Positions 54,348 to 63,002 of a stretch of DNA of 64,000 bases are shown here, piece by piece. The notes under the pieces were generated by a model. That model made no database searches and was not told the DNA's origin. It saw nothing but the letters and a program-made list of their open reading frames with translations. Made by a program: the position numbers and the translations under genes. Each line of letters starts with the position of its first letter. Within the stretch, counting starts at the first letter, position 1. Source of the DNA: an uncultured Pseudomonadota bacterium (lineage in GTDB: Bacteria > Myxococcota_A > Polyangia > Fen-1088); assembly GCA_963725905.1 (NCBI GenBank), contig CAVSAG010000003.1, positions 193,546 to 257,545 on the forward strand, written 5' to 3'.

Positions 54348-57124
54348 CTACTTGGCGGGCGCGGCCGGCGGGGCCGACGCGGCCGGTACCGCGGGCTTGG
54401 CCGGTGCCGGCGGTGCGGCGGGTACCGCGGGCTTGGCCGGTGCCGCGGGCTTGGCCGGTGCCGCCGGTGCGGCCGGGGCCGGCGGTGCGGCTGGTGCGGC
54501 GGGCGTAGCGGGGGCCGGCAGCGGTGCGGCCGCGGCGGGTGCTGCCGTCGGGACGGGTGCGGCCGGCGCAGGCGCGTCGGCGGCGCTCTTGGTCTTCTTC
54601 GGAGCGGGCGGGCCCACCTTGGTCTTCGGGTGCGGCTTCGCCTTCACCTCGGCCTTCTCGTCGAGGTACGCCGCCACCCAGGCGAGCGGCGCGTTCCAGT
54701 TGATCGCCACCTCGTTCGTCGACCAGGCTTCGATGTTGTCGGCGAAGCACTTCTGCGGCGCGCAGCCGGCGAGACCTGCTGCCTGCACGTAGGGGTCCTG
54801 CAGACCGGAGTTCGGACCGCCCGACAGGACGCCCGGCGGCGGCGGCGGGAAGGCGGCGTTCGCCTGGTGCGCCCAAAATCGATGGTGCGGGTTCAAGAGC
54901 GGCCGCTCGCCGTAGCCGGTGACGTACGACTTGTCGAGCGGGTTGCGACCGAGGATGTAGTTCATTCCCTCGGCGACGGCGTCGCGGTACTTTGCCTCGC
55001 CCGAAAAATCGTTGGCCAGCGCCAGGACGATCGCGTTGTTCAGCACGAACGAGCTCGATCCCCAGGGGTAGCCCTTGGCGCCCGGCTTGAACGGGAGGCG
55101 ATATCCCTCGCCGGCGACCAGCGCCTGGAAGGTGTCGGCGGCGGTCTCGACGGCGACGCGGCAGTCGTCGATCTCCTGCGGCGGCAGAAGGTTGGGGACC
55201 AGCGCCAGCGAGATCGTCCCCAGCGCGCCGACGTTCCCCCAGTCGAAGGCCGACGGCAGCCCGTCGCCGCCCTGCACGACCGGGATCTTCTTGAAGAAGG
55301 GAGACTTCTCGACGAAGGCCTTGTAGACGTCCTTCTTGGTCGTGATGTAGAGCTCCGCGGCCGCCCAGTAGAACTCGTCGGTGACGTTGGTGTCGTCGTA
55401 GGGGCCCCCGCCGACGCCGCCCACGAGAGCGTAGACCGCGGGGTTCGCCTGCGCGGCCGCCCAGGCCTTCTCGGCGGCAGCCAGGCACTTGGCCGCGAAC
55501 GCCTTATCGAGCTTCTCGAAGAGCCGGGCCGCCTGCGCGGCGGTGGCAGCCAGGTTCAGCGTCGCCGCTGTCGACGGCGGCTGCAGGAAGCGTGGCTGGT
55601 CGTCCTTGTCGGGGCGCGTGGCGAGCGCCGTCCACGCCGCGTCGTGGATCTTGTGGTGGACCATCCCCGCCTTCGGCTGTCCGTCGGGGACCTGCATCTT
55701 CAACATGAACGCGACCTCCCAGCGTGCCTCGTCGAGCAGGTCGGGGATCTTGTTCCTGTGCTCGGGAATGTTCATCTTCCCGTCCTTGAACTCGGCGTCG
55801 GTGCCGCGCGCGACGGCGCGCTCCCACTGGTTCATCAGCGTCCAGGCCGTGATGCCGCCGTTGACCACGTACTTCCCGTGGTCGGCGGCGTCGTACCAGC
55901 CGCCCGTGACGTCGAGCTTGTAATCGCAGCCCGAGCCCGGCGCGCAGGGGACGTCCTTGTCACCCCTGTTGGGCGCGACGTTGACGTGGCCCGCGGGGCG
56001 CGTCCACTGCTTGCCGCCCGCGAATGGCATCTTGATCTCGATGCCGCTGCGGGTCTGGTAGAAGTAGGCGAGCGCGTCGTACTTCAGCTTCTTGTAGACG
56101 TCCTTGCCGATGTCGAACGGGTGGCTTCCCTCGCCGCTGACCCAGAGCGTGTAGTCCTTGCCCGGCGCCTTGTAGGCGGAGAAGTCGACGATCTGCACGT
56201 CGTCGCCCGAGGCGGCGTCCTTGCCGACCGGCTTGGTCTCGCCGGAGGCGACGACGGCGCCTCCCTTCCTGTGCAGCTCCCACTTGAGCGGCGACTTGGA
56301 GGCGTTCTTCACGGTGGCGAGCTTCGGCAGGTCGGGCAGGTAGCCGGCCTGGTTGACCAGCACGTTCGGGATCGGCGCGTCCTCCGTCGAGACCTTGGTC
56401 GACTTGGTGAACTGCGGATCGTCGAGGTGGATGTCGTCGAGGCAAACGGTGTAAGGCGCGGTCGATTCGCCGCTGAGCCCGCCGCCGAAGTGAAACGCGA
56501 GCTCCGCCGTCGCGTCGTCCGCCGCGTCCATCGTGAACGTCCCCACGAACGTCTGCGGGTGCGTCGTCAGATCGACGGTGTCGGTCCAGTACTCCTTGTA
56601 CGGCGGCCCCGACATCCCGACCTTGGCCTTCAGCTTGATGGGCTTGGAGGCATGGGCCAGGTACGCGATGGAATAGGTGTGCCCCTTCTGAATCGTCATC
56701 TCGCGGTGGCGCGCCTGGACGTCCCAGCCGTTGACCCCCTTGTTGTCCACGACGACACAGAGCTGCCCGTCCTTGACCGATGCGGTTCCGGTCGCCGGCG
56801 CGCTGAACGAGGTGTTCCAGGGGAGGTACTTGCCGCCTTCGAAGCTGTTGTTCTTGAGAAATCGTTCCCGGTCAGCTTGGGCACGTTGATGCCCGGCGAA
56901 CCGTTGGTCGGGGTGGCGTTCCAGTCCGACACGGGCGCCGGCGCCGCCGCGGGTGTCGCCGGGGCCGGCGTGGCGGCGTGCGGTGGCGTGGCGGGCGTGG
57001 CCGGCGCCATCATGGCCGACGAGGCAGGCTCGCACCCGGCCGCCGACGCGACGGCCAGCGCGGCAAAGCAGAACCCCAGCGCGCGCGGGGCTGTCGCGCG
57101 TCGGCGGACGATCATCTGCGGCAT
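54348..57124 (-). pseudogene. GH9 endoglucanase (CBM4/9-like, Ig-like, GH9, Pro/Ala/Lys tail) with an apparent 1-nt frameshift near 56860 (or an assembly indel)
   Basis: The lipoprotein signal MPQMIVRRRATAPRALGFCFAALAVASAAGC is in ORF 56696..57124. The body is in ORF 54348..57035: FLKNNSFEGG, DVTGGWYDAADHGKY, SYVTGYG, PHHR, FADNIEAWSTNEVAINWNA. The frames meet at AACGATTTCTC. Confidence 0.88.
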
Positions 57125-57258
57125 TTCTTTGATCCTCGGGGGAAAGCTACCGGCACGGCGCCGGCCGCGAGACGCTACTCCGAAAGCGCCGGCCTTGGAA
57201 GCCGCGCGCGCGGCTTCTCGACGCGCCGCGGGCGCGCGCCGCGCGGGTTATAGGGCGC

Positions 57259-58359
57259 TCAGTAGGTGGCGAAGAACGCGTACGAGTAGTCGCCGGCCGA
57301 GGCCTGCATACAGTACCCGCCGTTCCGCTGCGCCGGGACAGAGAACGTGCCGCCGGTTACGCAGTTGAAGGACGTGCCGTTCACGGTGAAGGTCCGGGGT
57401 GCCACAAAATTGTCGCACACGAACCCGGTGAGGCTCCCGCCCGTGACCTCCTGACAGGTCGCCCCCGTCCCGAGATCTCCCGAGTTCACTTTCGGCGCGA
57501 CCGTCGTCGGATTGCTGCAGAGCCCGGCGCAGGGGCCGGTCCCGGATGAGCCGCCGACGCCGCCGGTGCCCGTGGAGCCACTCCCGCCGGCGCCGCCGGT
57601 GCCCGTGGAGCTGCTGCCGCACGACGCGTTGTAGAGATTTTCGACGCAGGAGACGACGACGATGGTTGCGCCGGCCCCGTTCTCGCAATTGATGACGCAG
57701 TTTCCACTGCACGGGTAGTTGGCATCGAGGCAATCGATCGTGGCCGCGCAGGCGGCAGACTTGTTGATGCCGTTGTCGACACACGCCGAGCACGGCTGCG
57801 CGCCTGAATGGGCGTAGCCGTTCAGCTTGATGGCATCGACGCAGTTCTTGGCGCCGCCGCTCCCGCCCGAGTCCGAGACACCGCCCGTCGCGATCGTTCC
57901 GCCGGTGCCCGTCTTGGCGCCGCCCGCGCCCGCGGCGCCTCCGGCACCGACCGCGCCGCCGGTTCCCGGCGTACCTCCTGCGCCGACCACGCCGCCGGTA
58001 CTGACCGCGCCACCGGTTCCCACCACGCCCCCGGCACCGACCGCGCCGCCGGTTCCCGGCGCGCCCGCCGCGCTGGCGCCGGCCCCGCCCATGCCGCCGC
58101 CAATCAGCCCCACGCCGCCGCTGCCCGCGGAGCCGCCCGCGCCGGCTGCCCCCGCCGCTCCACCGACCGTGCCGGCCCCACCGCCGACGACTCCCCCGGT
58201 GCCACGGGTGCCGGCCGCCGCGCTCCCGCCGCCGCCCGTGTTCCCGGTCCCCAGCGCGCCGAGGTCGTGGCTGCAAGCCGCCGCCCAGCAGACCAGGAGC
58301 CCAGCCCTCGTGAGGCCGGAGACCAAGCGGCGACCAGCTACAACTCGATCGTTATCCAC
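57259..58359 (-). CDS. Gly-rich lipoprotein with Cys-rich middle and C-terminal modules
   Basis: Lipobox WAAAC and a ~130-aa Gly/Ala/Thr linker. The C-terminal 92-aa module GPCAGLCSNP ... NGGYC ... FFATY is shared with 59254..60126. Confidence 0.75.
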   Translation of the reverse strand: MDNDRVVAGRRLVSGLTRAGLLVCWAAACSHDLGALGTGNTGGGGSAAAGTRGTGGVVGGGAGTVGGAAGAAGAGGSAGSGGVGLIGGGMGGAGASAAGAPGTGGAVGAGGVVGTGGAVSTGGVVGAGGTPGTGGAVGAGGAAGAGGAKTGTGGTIATGGVSDSGGSGGAKNCVDAIKLNGYAHSGAQPCSACVDNGINKSAACAATIDCLDANYPCSGNCVINCENGAGATIVVVSCVENLYNASCGSSSTGTGGAGGSGSTGTGGVGGSSGTGPCAGLCSNPTTVAPKVNSGDLGTGATCQEVTGGSLTGFVCDNFVAPRTFTVNGTSFNCVTGGTFSVPAQRNGGYCMQASAGDYSYAFFATY

Positions 58360-58401
58360 GGCGCTCCATCGTATCCCTTAACCCGCGGCCTCGACAAACG
58401 G

Positions 58402-59169
58402 CTATTGCGGTTCAGTTCCCCAGGATAGCTTGCCGTTGATGTAGCCGGTGATCGTCGGCGCGCTGTTGTAGGCGGTCGAGGCGCTTCCGGCGCACGGCTG
58501 GTAGGAGTAGTCCGCCGTCTGATTGAGATCGAACATGTTGTTGTTGTTCGCCCCGACGAACCGCAGCTGGATCTGGCCGGTGTCTCCGAACAGCGTCAGG
58601 GGCGGCGTGTTCGGCCCGAACCCGACCTCGAGGTATTCGTTGGCGCCCGTCCGCGCCGGCGAGACGGCCGCGAACGTGGAGGTGATCGTCGCGCCCGCGG
58701 TCTGGGAGATCTGTGCGTAGTCGATCGTCAGCGACGGCGTGTCGGTCGGCGTGTTCATGACGAACCAGTAGCGAAACGTCACGTCAGCCAGCGCCAGCGC
58801 CGTGATGGCGGCGTCCTCGACGTCGACGGTCACGCGGATCGTTTGCGTGTCCGCGCCTGTCTGGCACTGGGCCGCGATCATGAGCTGGCAGGAGGCGCAG
58901 GTGTTGACGCTCGAGCCGCCGGTGGCCGTCGCCCCGCCGCGTCCCTGCACGCCGCCCGCGCCGGTCACGCCACCGGCGCCGGTGGCGCCGCCGCTCGCCT
59001 TGCTGCCGCCGCTCCCCGTCGAACCGCCGGACCCGGTCGTGCCGCCCGCGGCCGCGCCGCCGCTCCCCGTGTCTCCGCCCGCGCCGCCGCCGGCACAGCC
59101 GAGGCCGATCGCGCCGAGGATTCCGAGACTGACCAGGGCGGAAGCAAGAAGACGCCTAAACGAAGTCAT
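58402..59169 (-). CDS. Lipoprotein with a family-3 cellulose-binding module (CBM3)
   Basis: Lipobox GLGC. VTFRYWF ... YLEVGFG ... GQIQLRF ... ADYSY ... ITGYINGKLSWGTEPQ parallels the canonical CBM3 blocks. Confidence 0.85.
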   Translation of the reverse strand: MTSFRRLLASALVSLGILGAIGLGCAGGGAGGDTGSGGAAAGGTTGSGGSTGSGGSKASGGATGAGGVTGAGGVQGRGGATATGGSSVNTCASCQLMIAAQCQTGADTQTIRVTVDVEDAAITALALADVTFRYWFVMNTPTDTPSLTIDYAQISQTAGATITSTFAAVSPARTGANEYLEVGFGPNTPPLTLFGDTGQIQLRFVGANNNNMFDLNQTADYSYQPCAGSASTAYNSAPTITGYINGKLSWGTEPQ

Positions 59170-59253
59170 GAGCCGATCTATTTCCGGATTATAAGCGCCG
59201 AGACCGGGGGCGCGAAAGACCCCTCGTGCGGCGGCGGTCGAGCTGGCGTGCCG

Positions 59254-60126
59254 TCAGAAGGTCGTGAAACCCGCCGACGTCGTCTGACCGGCGTCGATGA
59301 CGAAGCAGTAGCCGCCGTTGACCTTGCCCGGAAGGGGCATCGGCCAGTTGCCGCTGCCGCAAGCCTCGACGGTCTTGTTGAGCGTGAGCGTGCGAGGCGA
59401 GGTGAAGTTATAGCAGTTTCCGCCCTGGAAGGTGACGCCTGTCGCCTCGTAGCACGCGGCCCCGGTGCCGATGCTGCCCGAGCTAAAGCTCTGCGTCGTG
59501 ATGGCGGTGGGGTTGGAGCAGAGCCCCGCGCACGGGCCCGTCCCCGTCGAGCCGGCCCCGCCGCTCGTGCCGGCGGCACCGCGTCCCGCCGCGCCGCCGG
59601 AGCCCGTCACGCCGCGCCCGCCCGCACCGCCCGATCCCGTCACGCCGCGCCCGCCACCCCCGGCCGCCCCGCCCGAGCCCGTGAAGCCACGACCGGCGGC
59701 GCCGCCGCTGCCGGTCACGCCCCTGCCCGCCGCGCCGCCTGAGCCGGTCACACCCCTTCCGGCCGCGCCGCCCGTGCCGGTCAACCCGCCGCTGCCGGTC
59801 AGCCCGCCGGATCCGGTGACCCCGCCGGTCGCGCGACCACCCGTGCCGACGACGCCGCCGGCGCCGGTCGTCCCCGCCGCGCCCCGGCCGCCTGAGCCGG
59901 TCGCACCGCCGGTGCTGACGTCGCCGCCGGCGCCGCTGATGTCGCCGCCGCTGCCGCTGACATCGCCGCCCGACCCGCTGACGTCGCCGCCCGCGCCGCT
60001 CGGCGATCCGCCGGCACCGACGAGCGCGTTGTCGCGGAAGAACTCCTCGGGCCCCTGACACGCAAGCGGCAGTCCGCCCAAGAGCAGCCCGACGCCGAGA
60101 ACGCGAATCAGAAGAGGCTTAAGCAC
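59254..60126 (-). CDS. Gly-rich lipoprotein with the shared C-terminal Cys module
   Basis: Lipobox GLPLAC and GRGVTGSGGAA repeats. C-terminal GPCAGLCSNP ... NGGYC ... GFTTF. Confidence 0.75.
   Translation of the reverse strand: MLKPLLIRVLGVGLLLGGLPLACQGPEEFFRDNALVGAGGSPSGAGGDVSGSGGDVSGSGGDISGAGGDVSTGGATGSGGRGAAGTTGAGGVVGTGGRATGGVTGSGGLTGSGGLTGTGGAAGRGVTGSGGAAGRGVTGSGGAAGRGFTGSGGAAGGGGRGVTGSGGAGGRGVTGSGGAAGRGAAGTSGGAGSTGTGPCAGLCSNPTAITTQSFSSGSIGTGAACYEATGVTFQGGNCYNFTSPRTLTLNKTVEACGSGNWPMPLPGKVNGGYCFVIDAGQTTSAGFTTF
59595..59790. repeat. Imperfect ~33-nt tandem repeats (about 6 units) encoding GRGVTGSGGAA
   Basis: Reiterated CCSGAGCCSGTCACRCC ... GCSCCG units inside the linker-coding region. 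Confidence 0.7.
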
Positions 60127-60277
60127 GCCTCATAATTCCCGGGATCTTGAAGTCCGTCTTCGCCGAAAACCACGGCGCCGCGAGCCAGCACGCAGCAGGC
60201 CGGCGAGCTGCCTGGAAATCCGACAGAGTTGAGCCGACCGGCGCAACGAACTAGGGTTGGTGTCGATAACGCCGGCC

Positions 60278-61132
60278 ATGAAACCCGCCAAGCTCGCTCC
60301 CACCTTCCTGGTCATTCCATTCGCCCTAGCGGCGCTGGCCTGCCCGACACGGCCCATCGACAAGGGCGCCGGCGCCGAAATGGACGGGGGCGACGCTGGC
60401 CACGGCATCGCAGGCGCTGGGGTTGCGGGCGCCAGCGGCGCAGCTGGATCCAGCGCGGGCGGCGCTGGCGGTGCGATCGGCGGGCAAGCCGGAGCAGCCG
60501 CCGGATCTGGCGGAGGCACCGCGGGCAGCGGTTTCGCAGGTGGTGGCGGCGGAGCGGCCGGTACGGCCGGAGCCGCCGCCGGGGCAGCAGGCGCATCCGC
60601 CGGCGCTGGTGGTGGCGAGGCCGGATCGGGTGGCGGTGCCGCGGGAAGCGGCGGAGTCAGGGACGGTCAGCCCTGCGGGATCGCTTTGGACTGCGCTTCC
60701 GGTCTCTGCAAAGGTTTCTATCTGGACGTCGACGGAGACGGCTACGGTGCCGGTCCGCCGGTCGGCTTCTGCGGCGCGACCGCGCCCGTCGGCTACGCCT
60801 CAATGAACGGCGACTGCTGCGACAACGCCACCAACATCTCCGTCGCCAAGCTCATCCACCCCGGCGCCGACTTCCAAACCACCAGCGCCGGCGGCGTCTG
60901 CGGCATCACCTGGGACTACGACTGCAGCGGCACCGTCGAGAGCAACCCTAAGATCGAAGCATGCGCGGGGACATATCCGCAATGCACAACCGCGATGAAT
61001 AATCGGGATCCAAGTACCTGCGGAATGGGCGTTGAACAGGGGTGCGACTGTTCCGGTCGGGGGAATGGTACGAATGGCGATTGTCAACTAACATGCGTAG
61101 GGCATCCGGCCGTTCCCATCGGCTGCAAGTAG
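60278..61132 (+). CDS. Secreted Gly-rich / Cys-rich protein with a DVDGDGYG motif
   Basis: Signal/lipobox FALAALAC. The C-terminal ~150 aa carry 16 Cys and a MopE-like DxDGDGxG motif. Confidence 0.7.
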   Translation: MKPAKLAPTFLVIPFALAALACPTRPIDKGAGAEMDGGDAGHGIAGAGVAGASGAAGSSAGGAGGAIGGQAGAAAGSGGGTAGSGFAGGGGGAAGTAGAAAGAAGASAGAGGGEAGSGGGAAGSGGVRDGQPCGIALDCASGLCKGFYLDVDGDGYGAGPPVGFCGATAPVGYASMNGDCCDNATNISVAKLIHPGADFQTTSAGGVCGITWDYDCSGTVESNPKIEACAGTYPQCTTAMNNRDPSTCGMGVEQGCDCSGRGNGTNGDCQLTCVGHPAVPIGCK

Positions 61133-61199
61133 ACCCATGGCCGGGAGCCGCAATTGCGCGACGCCCCAGCGTAAGCGCCAAAAACGCGGTCCGGGGAAC

Positions 61200-62117
61200 C
61201 TAATTTTCGGTGATGCTCGTGATGGTTAGCGTGTACGCGCCCGAGCCCGTCCCGCCGGCGACCTGAAGTTGGATCGCGTTGATGGGATTCTTCGCGTAAG
61301 CGGTTCCCGGTGGCGTGTTGTAGCAGGCTTCCGCGAAGGAGGCGTACGGGATGTTGGCCGGGCTGCTGGTGGCTGCTGCGCACCAGGTGTTCGTTCCATC
61401 TGTGATTTGTATCCGCACCGGAAGGCCCGAAGGGACGCTCGCCGTATAGGTAATTGTCAGGCCGGTACCCGTTGGTGTAACCGAGGTATTGGTTGTGCCG
61501 CCCGCGTTCGTCTGACCGAGATTGAACGCAAGCCCCGCAAAGGAGTAGTTGGTCCCCGACACGGCCACGATGTTTCCCATCGACATCAGACTGGTTGGAG
61601 TCGCCGGTAGGAAGGTGGTCCCGTAGGTGTCCCCGAAGGTGTACGCGTAGCCGGCCCAGCAAGTTCCGCTCTTCACTGGCATCGTGACGAAGCCAGTGGC
61701 GCTGACAGCGAAGGCGGGCGTGCAGCCGACCGCACTGCTTCCACCCGAGCCGGTCGTGGTGGTTCCGCCGGTGCCGGTGGTGATGGTGCCGCCGGTGCCG
61801 GTGGAGCCGCCGCTGCTTACAGAGCCGCCGGTGCCGGTGGAGCCGCCCTTGGCGCCGCCGGTGCCGGTGGAGCCGCCGCTGCTTACAGAGCCGCCAGTGC
61901 CGGTGGAGCCGCCCTTGGCGCCGCCCGTTCCGGTGCTGCCGCCCTTGTTCGTGCTTCCGCCCGAACCGGTGCTGCCGCCGCTCGACGAGCCACCGCTGCC
62001 GGAGCCGGAGCCGCCCGAACCTGTCGAGCCCGAGACGGTGTCACCGTTGGCGCAGGAGTAAGTGCCAAGCGCGAGTGCAACGAGACCTGCGAAAACTAGT
62101 CCAGGATGAAGCTTCAT
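61200..62117 (-). CDS. Lipoprotein with a Gly/Ser/Thr linker and a CBM-like beta-sandwich
   Basis: Lipobox GTYSC. CWAGYAYTFGD ... INAIQLQVAGG ... TITSITEN. Same family pattern as 49783..50736. Confidence 0.78.
   Translation of the reverse strand: MKLHPGLVFAGLVALALGTYSCANGDTVSGSTGSGGSGSGSGGSSSGGSTGSGGSTNKGGSTGTGGAKGGSTGTGGSVSSGGSTGTGGAKGGSTGTGGSVSSGGSTGTGGTITTGTGGTTTTGSGGSSAVGCTPAFAVSATGFVTMPVKSGTCWAGYAYTFGDTYGTTFLPATPTSLMSMGNIVAVSGTNYSFAGLAFNLGQTNAGGTTNTSVTPTGTGLTITYTASVPSGLPVRIQITDGTNTWCAAATSSPANIPYASFAEACYNTPPGTAYAKNPINAIQLQVAGGTGSGAYTLTITSITEN
61795..61926. repeat. 66-nt tandem duplication (x2) in the linker-coding region
   Basis: GTGCCGGTGGAGCCGCCGCTGCTTACAGAGCCGCC(G/A)GTGCCGGTGGAGCCGCCCTTGGCGCCGCC occurs twice in tandem. 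Confidence 0.85.
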
Positions 62118-62330
62118 GGCGGCGGCCTTTCAGGGTGAGTGGGGCGTCTTCGCTGAAAGACAATAGGCTGCCCGAAGACGCTGCCTTCGATGATTTTTAG
62201 CGCGGACCCCGGGGCAATACAACATGCAGCGCGGCGGGCGCCCGGCGCACGGGACGACCGGGTTCAGGGACACCCTTGACGGGCTGCGGTGCCGACCGAA
62301 ATTGAACCAGGGCGTTGGACGGAGGTCTAG

Positions 62331-63002
62331 ATGCGGCGGGACGTGGCGATGGCGGGACTCGGTTTCTGGTTGCTGGTGTCGGCCTTTCTGGCGATGATCG
62401 GCGGGCGGGTGCGGGCGGACACGACGGGGACGGGGACGGCCACCGCGCCGCTCCCGCCCTCCGGATCGGCGAGCGCCCCGGCACCGGCGGCGCCGAGCGC
62501 ACCGATGGCGCCGGCCGCTCCGGCAGCGCCTGTCACACCGACGGCGCCGACAACGCCGGCCGCGCCGACGGCGGCACCGACCTGGGGCCAGTTTCACGGG
62601 CAGGTGGTGTTCAGCGACGTTCTGATCGCGCCCGCGGCTCAGTTTCCCTCGCCGGCAGCGATGACGGACGCGTTGCGCCGGCTCAAGCGCACGACGGTCG
62701 AGGGGGCGGGCGGGTTCTGGCGGCTGCACATGGTGGCGTTCCTCGACCCGCAGCCCGAAGGCGGCGCGTTTCAGTTGCGCGCGACCGACGTGACCGATCC
62801 CAAGGACCGCCGCGAGGTGAGGCTGTTCGACGTCGACGGCAAGCCGGGCGATCGCGAGCTCGGGATCAACGACCTGGTGGTGACCGAGGTGATGGGGTTC
62901 GAGCGGGGGCACCGCTACGAGATCGCCGTCATTCCCCGAAGAGACGATCTGCCGGCCGGAAAAGGAGACGTTTACGCCAAAGGGGTGATAACCCTGATGT
63001 GA
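62331..63002 (+). CDS. Secreted protein with a Pro/Ala/Thr spacer, function unknown
   Basis: Signal peptide ending GRVRA, a PAAP-type spacer and a ~130-aa globular C-terminal part. The stop abuts the next start. Confidence 0.7.
   Translation: MRRDVAMAGLGFWLLVSAFLAMIGGRVRADTTGTGTATAPLPPSGSASAPAPAAPSAPMAPAAPAAPVTPTAPTTPAAPTAAPTWGQFHGQVVFSDVLIAPAAQFPSPAAMTDALRRLKRTTVEGAGGFWRLHMVAFLDPQPEGGAFQLRATDVTDPKDRREVRLFDVDGKPGDRELGINDLVVTEVMGFERGHRYEIAVIPRRDDLPAGKGDVYAKGVITLM

Noticed and set aside
54327-57368. A 1013-aa plus-strand ORF, together with similar very long ORFs at 621..2633(-), 17525..19621(-), 27666..29624(+), 29414..31696(-), 35887..37812(-), 41736..43271(-), 43829..45472(-), 46947..48932(-) and 62130..63572(-).
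   Set aside because: Their translations are Arg/Pro/Gly/Ala-rich with no motifs. Each lies antisense to, or out of frame with, a gene that has strong family motifs and GC3 bias. They are shadow ORFs, which are expected in high-GC DNA.
57880-58200. Highly repetitive DNA in the Gly-rich genes (also 8.75-9.05 kb, 39.35-39.8 kb, 59.6-59.95 kb and 61.75-62.0 kb), considered as possible CRISPR arrays or non-coding satellites.
   Set aside because: There are no unique spacers between the repeats, and the periodicity is a multiple of 3. All of these regions sit in frame between a lipobox and a folded C-terminal domain. They are linker-coding low-complexity sequence.
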